Assembly: GCF_963921235.1 (NCBI RefSeq)
Contig: NC_086104.1
Coordinates: 3,100,001-3,164,000 of the forward strand
Direction: 5' to 3'
Source: Mobula hypostoma
Lineage: Eukaryota
DNA length: 64,000 bases
This document shows, in pieces, positions 52,030 through 63,239 of the stretch. The position numbers and the translations under genes are program-made. The notes beneath the pieces are model-generated. The model saw only the letters and a program-made list of their open reading frames with translations. It searched no databases and was not told the DNA's origin. Numbering within the stretch: position 1 is the first letter of the stretch; each line of letters starts with the position of its first letter.

Positions 52030-52295
52030 ATTGACACACAGTGTGGAAGAGGCCTTTCCGATCCTTTGGGCCGTGCTGCACAGTAACCACTGATCTCATC
52101 CCAGCATAGTCATGGGACAGTTTACAAAGAGCAATTAATCTACCAATCGGGATATCTTTGGACTGTGGGAGAAAATGGAGCACCCAGAGATCATGGGGAG
52201 AATGTCCAAATTCCTTACAGGCAGTTGCGGGAGTTGAACCTGGGTCGCTGGAACTGTGAAGCATTGTGCTAACCACTACTCTACTGTGCTGCCTC
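52030..52295 (-). mobile_element. tRNA-derived SINE
   Basis: Minus strand gcacagtagagtagtggttagcacaatgc...gacccaggttcaactcccgc...gtaaggaatttgg; same family as 1-112. Confidence 0.7.
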
Positions 52296-54419
52296 ATAAT
52301 TCACAACTAAAAGCAGTGGGTACTGGGGTGTCCTTCACAGAACAAGATAAAATTCTTCATTAAGATTGAAAATGTGATTATTCAATCAACAACACAGGCC
52401 CCAAATTTAGCCAAAGGTATTGTGAAGGTATGAGGCATGAATTGACTCTGACAGATTGGAAAATATGACAATGGGTAGAACACCCGAACATACAGTTCGA
52501 CATCCCTTCCCAGACAAAAACAGGTAAGGGAAGTTAGGAACAGGGAAGTCACATAGGTTGTCAGAACTGAGGATAGAGAGCAACTCAAAATTCACCAAAA
52601 AAAGAGAAGAAAAGCAGAGAATAAAATAGGTGAGGGACGTGAATGAGGATTGTAAGTGTAAAAAACAGATAGGAAATTGTTGATCTCTGAGGAGGACACA
52701 CAGCTTGCCCCAGAAATGCTGTGACTCGTTATTATTCGCAGAAAGAACAGTTCTGGATAAATTACTCAGCTTGAAACCTGACAAATCCCCTGGGCCCTGA
52801 TAATCATCATTCGGGAGTACTTAAATAGTTGGAAATAGTGCACCATTCTATATCAAATTTTCAAAATACCGAATTTGTTACTCAGTTGAATGTTAGTTTG
52901 CCTTTTTTATAGATTTGTAAATATTTCCATGAAACTTCAGCTGATTGGGACAGCTGTTTAATTGGGCCAAAATGTGTTGGTCCCAATGTGTCCCAGTGAA
53001 CCAGAATTCACTGTATCTATTCCCCAATTACTGAAAGCAAGCACACAGGTGCAGTGACCGGTTAAGGAAGCAAATACATTGCTGGTCCCATTGCAAAAGG
53101 TTTCAAGTTCAGGAGCAAGGATGTCTTGCAACAATTGTACCTGCCCATTTTTGTTTTCCAACCCACAAGTATAATCTCTGAAAGCAGAGAAGGCTGAAAA
53201 AAATAAACTGCATCGACAGTTTGCTCACTTTTTCTCTGTTATTATCCTGGATTTGAAAGATCCTGTTTTGGTTAATTATGGGAGTCACAAAGTTTTTCTA
53301 TTGCATTAATTTACATATGTTAAATTCGGTAAGTTATTAAGAACAATAATGGATATAGAGAGGGTGTTTCTTGTCGTGAGTGAGTCCAGGACCAGAGGGC
53401 ACAGCCTCAGAATAGCGGGACAACCAGTTAGAACAGGGATGTGCAGGAATTTCTTTAACCAAGGGTGGTGAATCTGTGGAATTCATTGCCACAGATGGCT
53501 GTGGAAGCCAAGTCATTAAAGTGGAGGTCAATAAGTTCTCGATTAGTCAGGGTGCCAAAGGTTATGGAAAGAAGGCAGGAGAATGGGGTTGAGAGGGAAA
53601 ATAAATCAGCCATGATTGAGTGGTACAGCAGACTTGATGGGCTGAATGGCCTAATTCTGCTCCTATGCTTTATGCTCTTATGGTCTGAGAATGCAGATTT
53701 TTCACCTGTGATCTGTCATTTCCTGAAGATATTTTATAATCTTCACTGCAATTCGCCTTGCTGATCGGTGATGAAAGTTCATCAGCCTGAAACGCTGCTT
53801 CTCTCTCCACACGGTGCTCTGACTTGTTCAGAATTTCCAGATTTTGGGTTCTTTTCCTTTCTGCCTCTCTGGTACTTTGTCTCTGTTTCTTCACTCTGCC
53901 CACATTGCCCGGATCCATTTTCTTTCTGTAAATTCTTTGGTCATTAGTGTTAGCTCTCCTCACACTAATTTTTAAATTTCTTTCACCTCATTTCTTTTCT
54001 TCCCCTCCATTGCTTCTGCCTGTCTTAATCAGTAACTGTTTGTGCATTTGTATCAGTCACTTCTTTTAGATTTGTGTTGTGATTGCCCAGGTGCTTCCTA
54101 TTTTCAGAAAGTTCACCCAATTAACTGGCACAGCATGTCTCAAATCACTTCTGAATCTAGTTCGGCAAAGAGTAAAACTTCTGGTTTTCATGCTGAATAG
54201 GAACTGTAGAAGATTATACTTCAGTGTCTCAGCTCAGTGTGAACCAAAAAAAACCCAACATCTCTCAATGTTTAAACCGCAAACTCAGATTCACATGATT
54301 CAAAATATCGTTCAGCACAGAAACAAGACCTTTGGCTCAACTTGTTCACACAGACTGTGTTTCCCAGCATGCATTTGGCCCACAGACCGCTCACCCCCTC
54401 TCCTATCCACGTACTTCTC

Positions 54420-54995
54420 TAGATGAGGTTGTATAAGGCATTGGTGAGGCCGAATCTGGAGTATTGTGTTCAGTTTTGGTCACCAAATTACAGGAAGGAT
54501 ATAAATAAGGTTGAAAGAGTGCAGAGAAGGTTTACAAGGATGTTGCCAGGACTTGAGAAACTCAGTTACAGAGAAAGGTTGAATAGGTTAGGATTTTATT
54601 CCCCGGAGTGTAGAAGAATGACGGGAGATTTGATAGAGTATATAAAATTATGATGGGTATTGATAGAGTGAATGCAAGCAGGCTTTTTCCACTGAGGCAA
54701 GGGGAGAAAAAAACCAGAGGACATGGGTTAAGGGTGAGGGGGGAAAAGTTTAAAAGGAACATTAGTGGGGGCTTCTTCACACAGAGAGTGGTGGGAGTAT
54801 GGAATGAGCTGCCAGACGAGGTGGTAAATGCGGGTTCTTTTTTAACATTTAAGAATAAATTGGACAGATACATGGATGGGAGGTGTATGGAGGGATATGG
54901 TCCGTGTGCAGGTCAGTGGGACTAGGCAGAAAATGGTTCGGCACAGCCAAGAAGGGCCAAAAGGCCTGTTTCTGTGCTGTCGTTTCTATGGTTTC
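54420..54995 (+). mobile_element. CR1 3' fragment, near-identical to 35706-36299 (opposite orientation)
   Basis: Same peptide RLYKALVRPNLEY...GPCAGQWD and same tail. Confidence 0.92.
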
Positions 54996-54999
54996 TATA

Positions 55000-55390
55000 G
55001 CTTTTACATGTTGCTAATGTTAAACCACACCACTACTTCCAGCAGCTCATTCCAAACACGCACCACCCTTTGTGTGAAGAAGCTGCCCCAATGTCCCATT
55101 TCAATCTTTCGACTCTGATCTTTAACCTGTCCTCTTGTTTTTGTCAACCTCTTCCTGGGGAATAGACTCTGTGCTTTCATCCTGTCCATGCCCCTCATGA
55201 TCTAATACCCCTCTGTCAGGTCTTTCTCCCCCCAGTCTCCTCAATTCCAGGGAATGAAGTCCTAGTGTAACACAATCTGTCCTTGTAACACAGACCCCTA
55301 GGACCAGACAACATCCTGGTGGATCGTTTCTGCACTCTTTCTAGTTTAATAACTGCCTTCCTATAACAGGATGACCAAAACTGTACACAG
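55000..55390 (-). mobile_element. CR1 3' fragment, about 90 nt downstream of the leader donor
   Basis: YCVQFWSSCYRKAVIKLERVQKR; FFTQRVVRVWNEL. Confidence 0.8.
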
Positions 55391-55477
55391 TACCACGGCC
55401 CACAACTGGTCAAATAAACTCAAAGGCAGATGAAACAAGTCTCAGACTGGGTGACCCCACTCTGGGAATTTACTTAC

Positions 55478-55526
55478 CCACTGTACAGACGGACAGAGTC
55501 AAGATTGTGATTATCGCTGCAAACAT
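55478..55526 (-). CDS. Signal-peptide (L-PART1-like) exon, MFAAIITILTLSVCTV(G)
   Basis: Minus strand reads gagaagaaATG TTT GCA GCG ATA ATC ACA ATC TTG ACT CTG TCC GTC TGT ACA GTG G|GTAAGT: 49 nt, hydrophobic, consensus donor, phase 1. Joined to the first V exon it gives ...CTVGVNA/ETVLIQ, a classic split leader with a V-x-A cleavage site. Too short for the ORF track. Confidence 0.8.
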
Positions 55527-55996
55527 TTCTTCTCACTTGTTTTTCAAAAACTGAATTTCTGCTCATTTGGATGCGATGTTCCGCGTTGGTATTTCACAAG
55601 TGAGTGATTCCCCTTTGACTTCCCCACATGCTTATTTCAGCACAAAGGCATGGGGTGTGAAGAGGAAGTGATGGGGGAGAGTGGGCAGCCCTGTGGAAAC
55701 TGCTGAAGAAATAGTAACAAACTGCAGAGTAGCTGAATGTTTCATCTACATTTACATGTCTGTCACAGAAACTCATCCCTTATGTCCACGTACCATTATC
55801 AGATTGAAATGTGAGAAACAAGCCAAGTACACAGTTTCCCCTCCCTGACAGTAGGCTCCTCATGGTAAGGCTACAAACACTGGCCTAACACCAGGCAAAA
55901 CAGACGTTTATCTGTATGACAGTATGACACTTACTGTAAAGTTCAAAGTAAATTTATTATCAAAGTGTATATCTCTCTCTCTCTCATATGTATATA
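55527..55996 (-). promoter_or_regulatory. Probable 5'UTR/proximal promoter of the VJ-domain gene, with PU.1/ETS box at 55659-55670
   Basis: Mostly unique sequence between the leader ATG and a Tc1 end. GAAGAGGAAGTG (PU.1/SPI-type consensus) lies 133-144 nt upstream of the ATG next to a CACACCC (KLF/SP-type) motif. No clear TATA box. Confidence 0.5.
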
Positions 55997-57705
55997 CAGT
56001 GGCATGCAAAAGTTTGGGCTCCCCCGGTCAAAATTTTTGTTACTGTGAATAGCCAAGCGAGTAAAAGATCACCTAATTTGCAAAAGGCATGAAGTTAAAG
56101 ATGACACATTCCTTTAATATTTTAAGCAAAATTACTTTTTAATTGATCTTTGGTCCTGACGAATGGTTCTGGCCCGAAACGTTGACCGATCTTTTCCACT
56201 GATGCTGCCTGACCTGCTGAGTTCCTCCAGCGTGTGGTGAGTATTACTTTTTAATTTCCATCTTTTACAGTTTCAAAATAACAAAAAAGGAAAAGGGCCT
56301 GAAGCAAAAGTTTGGGCACCCTGCATGGCAGTACTTAGTAATACCCCCTTTGGCAAGTGTCACAGCTTGTAAACGCTTCCTGTAGCCAGCTATGAGTCTT
56401 TCAATTCATGTTTGGGGGATTTTCACCCATTCCTCCTTGCAGAAGGCTTCTAGTTCTGTGAGATTCTTGGGCCATCTTGCATGCACTGCTCTCTTGAGGT
56501 TTATCCACAGATTGTCGATGATGTTTAGGTTGGGGGACTGTGAGGGCCATGGCAAAACCTTCAGCTTGTGCCTCTTGAGGTAGTCCATTGTGGAATTTCG
56601 GGTGTGTTTAGGATCATTATCCTGTTGTAGAAGCCATCCTCTTTTCATCTTCAGCTTTTTTACAGACAGTGTGAAGTTTGCTTCCAGAATTTGATAGTAT
56701 TTAACTGAATTTATTCATCCCTCTACCAGTGAAATGTTCCCCGTGCCATTGGTTCAACACAAGCCCAAAGCATGATCAGTGCTTAACAGTTGGAGAGGTG
56801 TTCTTTTCATGAAATTCTGCACCCTTTTTTTCTCCAAACATACCTTTGCTCATTGTGGCCAAAAAGTTCTATTTTAACTTCATCAGTCCACAGGACTTGT
56901 TTCCAAAATGCATCAGGCTTGTTTAGATGTTGCTTTGCAAATTTATGATGCTGAATTTTGTGGTGAGGATGGAGGAAAGGTTTTCTTCTGATGACTCTTC
57001 CATGAAGGTCATATTTGTGCAGGTGTTGCTGCACAGTAGAACAGCGCACCACCACTCCAGAGTCTGCTAAATCTCCTGAAGGTCTTTTGCAGTCAAACGG
57101 GGGTTTAGATTTGCCTTTCTAGCAATCCTATGAGCAGTTCTCTCAGAAAGTTTTCTTGGTCTTCCAGACCTCAACTTGACCTCCACCGTTCCTGTTAACT
57201 GCCATTTCTTGATTACATTATGAACTGAGGAAACGGCTACCTGAAAATGCTTTGCTGTCTTCTTATAGCCTTCTCTTGCTTTGTGTGCATCATTTATTTT
57301 AATTTTAAGAGTGCTAGGCAGCTGCCTAGAGGAGCTGCTGATTGTTGGGACAAGGTTTGAGGAGTCAGGGTACTTATAAAGCTTTGAAATTTGCATCACC
57401 TGGCCTTTCCTAACGATGATTGTGAACAAGCCATAGCCCTAACAAGCTAATTAAGGTCTGAGACCTTGGTAAAAGTTATCTGAGAGCTCAAATCTCTTGG
57501 GGTGCCCAAACGTTTGCATGGAGCTCCTTTCCTTTTCTTCACTCTAAAGTTGTACAAAACAAAAATAATACACTAATCTTGCTTAAAATGATGAAAAGAA
57601 TCTTTAACTTTATGACTTTTGGAGATCAGTTCATCTTCTACTCACTTAACTATTCACAGTAACAGAAATTTTGACCAGGGGTGCCCAAACTTTTTCATGG
57701 CACTG
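55997..57705 (-). mobile_element. Tc1-family (IR-DR type) DNA transposon, degenerate transposase
   Basis: TA-flanked ends CAGTGGCATGCAAAAGTTTGGG.../...CCCAAACTTTTTCATGGCACTG. The end motif is repeated internally near 56304 and 57500. Transposase pieces GRPRK, VLWTDEVKIELFG, QQDNDPKHT, WPSQSPNLNIIDNLW. A short PLE-tail insertion lies near 56140-56245. Confidence 0.92.
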
Positions 57706-58230
57706 TAAGCCCTTGGTCAGACCCCACTTGGAGCACTGTGTTCAGTTCTGGTCACCTCACTACAGGGAGGATGTGGATGCTACAGAGAGAGTGCAGAGGA
57801 GATCAACAAGGATTGGATGGCATACCTTATGAGAATAGGCTGAGTAAAACTGGCCTTCTCTCCTTGGAGCAACCAGAGGATGAGAGGCAAACTGACAGAG
57901 GTATACAAGATGATGAGGGACATTGATCGTGTGGATAGTCAGAGGCTTTTTCCTGGGGGTGAATTGGCTAACATCAGGGGGCATAGTTTTAAGGTAAATA
58001 GGTACTGAGGGGATGTCGCGGTAGGTTTTTCCACACAGACAGTGGTGGGTGTGTGGAATGCACTGCCTGCGGCAGTGGTGGAAGCGGATACAATAAGGTC
58101 TTTTAAGAGACTCCTGGATAGGTACATGGAGCTTAGAAAAATACAGGGCTATGCATTAGGGAAATTCTTGGCAGTTTCTAGAGTAGGTTCTGTAATGTGC
58201 TATAAGTTTCTATGTTCTATGTTCTATACT
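57706..58230 (+). mobile_element. CR1 3' fragment
   Basis: Degenerate LVRPHLE, VVGVWNALP, SFKRLLDRYMEL; (ttctatg)n tail. Confidence 0.85.
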
Positions 58231-59345
58231 GACTGATCCATTCAGAAACGGTGATGTACACGTCAGCATCAGAATCCATACTAATGGGATACGGTTCAAC
58301 CTCCAAGCAAAAACTAAGGTTACAATAGATATCATCAGCAACTTCCTTTCTGCTGATGACTGTGCCCTCAATGCTGGTTCAATAGATGATTTGCAGTGAT
58401 GTGTTAACAAGTTTTCCGATGCGTCTACCAACTTTGACTTACCAAGAAGACTGAAGTAAATCATCAGCCATTTCCAGTGAAATCATACACCGAGCCAAAC
58501 ATCACAATCAATGGTCAAAGACTCAACCCAGTGAACAGGCTCACGTATCTTGGCAGCACACTGTCCCAGAACATCGTCATTGACGTTAAAGTAATCGCCC
58601 GGATCACCAAAGCAAGTGAAGCCTTCGGCAGACTTTATACCAACGTCTGGAACAGAGAGGCATAGGTCTACAGAGAAAGCTGAAAGTGTATAGGGCATAG
58701 TACTTCCCACTCTGCTTTACATCTGTGAAACATGGACAGCGTCCCAATGGCATGTTGAGAAACTGAATCATTTCTACACAGTCTGCCTCAGAAAGCTCCT
58801 CAACGTGAAGTGGTAAGACAGAAACCCTGACCCTGAGGTACTTACCAAGGTGGGCCTGCCCTGTACCTACACCATCCTGGTGCAGTTCCCATTACACTGG
58901 GCAGGCCATGTAGCTCGTATGCCAGACCATCAACTGCCAAAGAGACTGCTTTATGACGAATTACAGAAAGGAAAGTGTTCCTCTGGAGGCCAAAGGAAAC
59001 ACTGTAAAGACACCCTGAAAACATCACTAAAAGCCTTTGGCATTAACCCGGAGACAGGAACATATCGCCCAGATTCGGGGTGAGTGGCACTCCTCACTCC
59101 ACGAGGGTGCAGTGACACCTAAGGCAGAAAGGACAAAGACAGCAGAGAGACGTAGGCTGGCCAGGGAAGCCCGGGCCTGCGACCACCAACCCAACATGGC
59201 TGGCTGCTTTTGTCCACACTGCCAAAGACCTTTTTGAGCTTGGACTGGTCTCTCCAGCCATCTTCGTAGCCACAGACCAGTCCAGGCACTGGAAATCATG
59301 GGCGACTAGAGTAGTTCTCATCGTTGCATGATGGACGAAGGAATG
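58231..59345 (+). mobile_element. RTE-clade LINE 3' fragment, degenerate
   Basis: FNLQAKTKV...FLSADDCAL, FTYLGSTLS, LHWAGHVARMPDHQLPKRLLY, terminal CPHCQRPF..GLSSHLRSH zinc finger. Confidence 0.85.
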
Positions 59346-60885
59346 AACTTCAGAACGCACTGTGCACCATTCTGCTGTTTTACAGTTTGGTATTGCTGAC
59401 GTATGTTGTGAAATTTAATTTTTTGTGGCCATAGTACAACGCAATACATGAAAAGCTGACGTTGGTAGTCCAGTGGGCGGGCAGCCAGCTGCCATGTTAT
59501 CTCAACACCTGGGCAAGGAGCGGCAAGGATGGTGGGAGCGTGGACATGGATGTGACCGGGTGTAAGCTCGTCGCCTTGCTGTCCCGCTTGTTGCTGAGCT
59601 TTTCGGTAGGGGCCTCGTCTGGTAAAGTAACCAAGCACAAGCCACTGATGGTGTTGTAACAGAGAATGATGTCACAGTCCTTCTGGACCCTCCATTGGTT
59701 GCCTTGGATACAGGTGCACCTCTGCATTGGATAGGCACACGGAGCTTAGAAAAATAGCAGCCTGTGGGTAATCCTAGGTAATTCCTAAAGTAAGTACATG
59801 CTCAGCACAACATTGTGGGCCAAAGGGCCTGTATCGTGCTGTAGGCTTTCTGTGTTTCTATCTTTCTATCCATTATGCAGGTGAGATCAGTGGATTTAGA
59901 ATTCATGGGCAGAACGTTCCTTTTGAACATATTATAGTTGATAAAACCACTGGTGAAGCTATCTTGTGTTCTAAGGAAGTGATGGATTATGAGCTGCAGA
60001 AAGAGCTTGCATCTACCATCCAGGCTTATGACTGTGGGGAGGGTCCAGATGGAGAAAATATGAAAAAATCCCATGTAAATGAGCACCCCCCAGTGTTCAA
60101 GGATAAATCCTACAAGGCTTTGAAGGAAAGAAATATGACAACATTTTGAGAGTGGAAGTTAAAAGTTCAGATGAGCTTAGGGCATGGATCAACACATGGA
60201 ATTATGTTATTGTAGCCATTAGTGAGGCTTGGTTGCAAGAGGGCTGGGACAGGAAGCTCAGTATTCTGGGATTCTGTTGAAACCTTGAGAAACACACTCA
60301 GAATGTTGGAGGAACTCAGCAGACCAGGCTGTGTCAATGGCCAGTAGTTTTTGATGGACTCTGGACCATGGTCTTCCTGGGGTTTGCAATTGTTTGCACG
60401 GTGGGTGTCGGGGAAAATTGATACTTTTGCTGCTGCTTGTAGGTGAGGGGGAAGGGGCTAACACTTTTCTGTCATTCGTTTTTTGGGGATTTTTCCTGTC
60501 TTGTGGACAGTAGGAATTTCAGGATGTATCCTGTATACATCCTCTGATACTAAATTGAACCATTGAAATCTTGAGCAAAACACTCAAAATGTTGGAGGAA
60601 CTTAGCAAGTCAGGCAGCATGTATGGAGAGTTCAAAGTTCAAAGTAAATTTATTATCAAAGTCACCGTATACAACCCTGAGACTCATTTTTTTGCAGGCA
60701 TACTCAATAATTCCATAATAGAATAATAACCATAATAGAATCAATGAAAGACTCACCAACTGGGGCGTTCAACCAGTGTACAAAAGACTACAAAATGTGC
60801 AAAGAGAAAAAGAAAAAAAAATAATAATAAACGAATAAGCAATCATTATCAAGAACATGAGATGAAGAGACCCTAAACGTCAGTG

Positions 60886-61105
60886 TGTGGCGACCCACTT
60901 TCTACACAAGCTAACCAGCTCACAAAATAGCCCGCATGTGGGGAGAGACTTTTGTAATGCACCTCTGACGCCATTTCCACCCGGAGAGCGCTGGAAGGGA
61001 ACTGCTTTAAAAGCCAGTGCCGCGAAGTTTGAATAAACGAGTCTCAAGTGCGACTTACAGACTGCATGTCGTTATTTCTAGCTCTGTGTGTAGCACATCG
61101 CTACA
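60886..61105 (+). mobile_element. Short solo LTR, 220 bp
   Basis: TGTGGCGACC...CATCGCTACA termini; 4-bp TSD AGTG (60882-60885, 61106-61109); internal AATAAA. Confidence 0.78.
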
Positions 61106-61619
61106 AGTGCAGAGAGTGTGGGACAATGTTATTCACCCTAATATTGTCAAAATTTGCAGTTATGAAATCGTTACTCTGAATGTGCCATTCACTATTGATA
61201 AAGATGTGTTTATTAAGAGCACAGAGAAGGTGAACTGAAAGCTTGCAGTGGCTGCATATGGTTGTGGGAAGAAATGTGAGATAGAAAGTTACTATCAAAG
61301 TATGTATACAAGCTTGAGATTTGTCTCCTTACAGTCACAAAACAAATCCAATAGAACCCATTAAATAAAAGTCCCTCTAACATTCAATGTGCAGAAAAAG
61401 AACCGAATTGTACAAACAACAAAAGCAAGCACACAACTGAAGTTGACGGAAGGGAGTCCGCGGCTCGAAGCCAGCCACCACTGCAGCCGATCCAGGAGCC
61501 CGTTACTTGCAGGACACAATCTCAGTTCAGCGCAGAGATGAGCAAATCTCACGGAGCAGCGAGCTGAATTGGCCGTCACTCACGGGCAGAGACTTTGTTT
61601 TCGTTCAGACTGGTGCTGA

Positions 61620-63235
61620 CGTAACAGCAGTGGAACTGTTTGGTACTACTGGGGCCCTGGGAGAGGGGGGCCATGGGCGGCCCATACTTTCCAAGAGGAG
61701 GGGAGTGTAGGCGAGGGTGCTGAATTGGAAACCAAGCTTCCTGTATCTGGGAGCGGAGACTTTATAGACAAGTTGCTCTTGTTTCTGCGGAATGAGGGGA
61801 AGGAGAGATCTGATTTGGAAGGTTTAATGAGTCCTCTTGCAACAGGTGAGCATTCTGAGTTGGTATTGGTCCTTACTTCCTTGGCGAATAAATGGCCAAG
61901 TGCCCAGGTCGAAAGTCCTATTTATCGTAGGCTCGGAATGTTCTCAGGGATAACACCCACCCCCAAAGGGGAAGAGGAGTTTGAGACTTGGGCGGAGCAG
62001 ACCCCTCAGTTGTTGGATGAGTGGCAGTGCTCTGATAAAGTGAAAAGACAGCGACTGGTAGAAAGTCTGAGATGTCTGGCCGCTGATGTAGTGAGATCCT
62101 TAAAGGCACAGAACCCTTTGGCTACTTCCGCAGGCTACATGCAAGTACTAGAAAATGTTTTTGTTGCAACGGGAAACCCAGTAGAACTTATGACAGGGTT
62201 TCGGAACATGTTTCAGTAGTTGGAGAAACTTTCTGACTACATTTTTCAGCTAGAGAAACAGCCGAGTTGCTGGCAGTGTAGAGGGGCCATGCCAACGGCT
62301 GACGTGAATCAGTTAAGAATGGACCAAGTGGTGAAAGATGCTCATTCACAAGATATGATCGCTTGGGGTCTCCAAATGTCTCGTAAGACATGAACCCCCC
62401 CTCCTTCATTTGTCGAGCTGATCAGTGAAGTAAGGGAGGAGAATGCAATGGAGGCCTCTATCAGCAGGGTACCGTCCTCAGCAGTAGGCCCTGTTGCTGA
62501 AGTGACCCTGATAGCCTACACCCGGGGGGTGGTAAAGGAGCTCGTGGCAGAGTTTAGAACTGAGATGTCCCGCTTGTTATCGGTGGGTGCAGCCTCCAGG
62601 CATGACTAAGCCGAGGGGAAGTGGGACCCACTGAGGCAAGGGGCTAAGCAGAGGGCTGCTAGTGAACCGGGTTCCGTGGGATGGGATCGACCGATATTGT
62701 CTGTTAAAAGTGTGGGGAAGAGGGACACTTCAGGCAGGAGTGTGAAAGCCTTCGGAGAGTGAGCCCCCGGGTACCTAAGCAGAGAGAGACTTCAGGAAAC
62801 TTGGAAAAGTCCCAGTTGAGGGAACAGCCCAGTGTCTCGGGGGGAACACTTTCCAATCAATATATCAAGGAACACACGAAAGCTAAGAACCCTATTCCTG
62901 AAGGCTTAGTTGGGCCAAGCTCCAGTGAATCATTACAGATCGAGGGTATTTATGCTGGAGCCTTGCTTGACATAGGCTCTCAGGTTACTCTGCTGTATCG
63001 TTCATTTTATAACTAGTATTTGATGCATTTACCATTGACGCCACTCAATGTGCTAGAGATCTGGGGTCTTGGTACAGATGACTATCTGTACGATGGTTAC
63101 TTGTCATTGAAGCAGGAGTTTTCAGAAGCAGATATGGAAGTAGCTGAGGTCCTTCATACATTCGTGCTGGTTTGTTTGGACCAGTCAAGAAGCGTGAAGC
63201 TTCAATTATTGTGGGAACAAATACTCTTCCTGTGA
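61620..63235 (+). mobile_element. Gypsy LTR retrotransposon internal fragment (PNMA-like gag, zinc knuckle, protease), degenerate
   Basis: YRRLGMFSG...GEEEFETW...KRQRLVESLR capsid; C*KCGEEGHFRQEC knuckle near 62700; ALLDIGSQVTL aspartic protease. Confidence 0.85.
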
Positions 63236-63239
63236 GGAG

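Larger units (their letters stand above)
479..55526 (-). other. Partial gene model: leader exon + four VJ-type Ig V-set exons (non-rearranging antigen-receptor-like IgSF gene); 3' exons lie outside the window
   Basis: Five exons with canonical GT-AG sites, all phase 1, splice into one open frame of 1435 nt. Junctions read ...VCTVG|VNAETVLIQ, ...QLNVTS|ADVPVLIQ, ...QLIVTN|PADDPVLVQ, ...QLNVTV|ANPPVLIQ. Introns are 38606, 6942, 1762 and 6303 nt. Connectivity is inferred, not transcript-proven. Confidence 0.7.

Noticed and set aside
61725-62219. PNMA-like ORF as a domesticated host gene
   Set aside because: Followed by stops and a degenerate knuckle and protease; consistent with a decayed Gypsy element.
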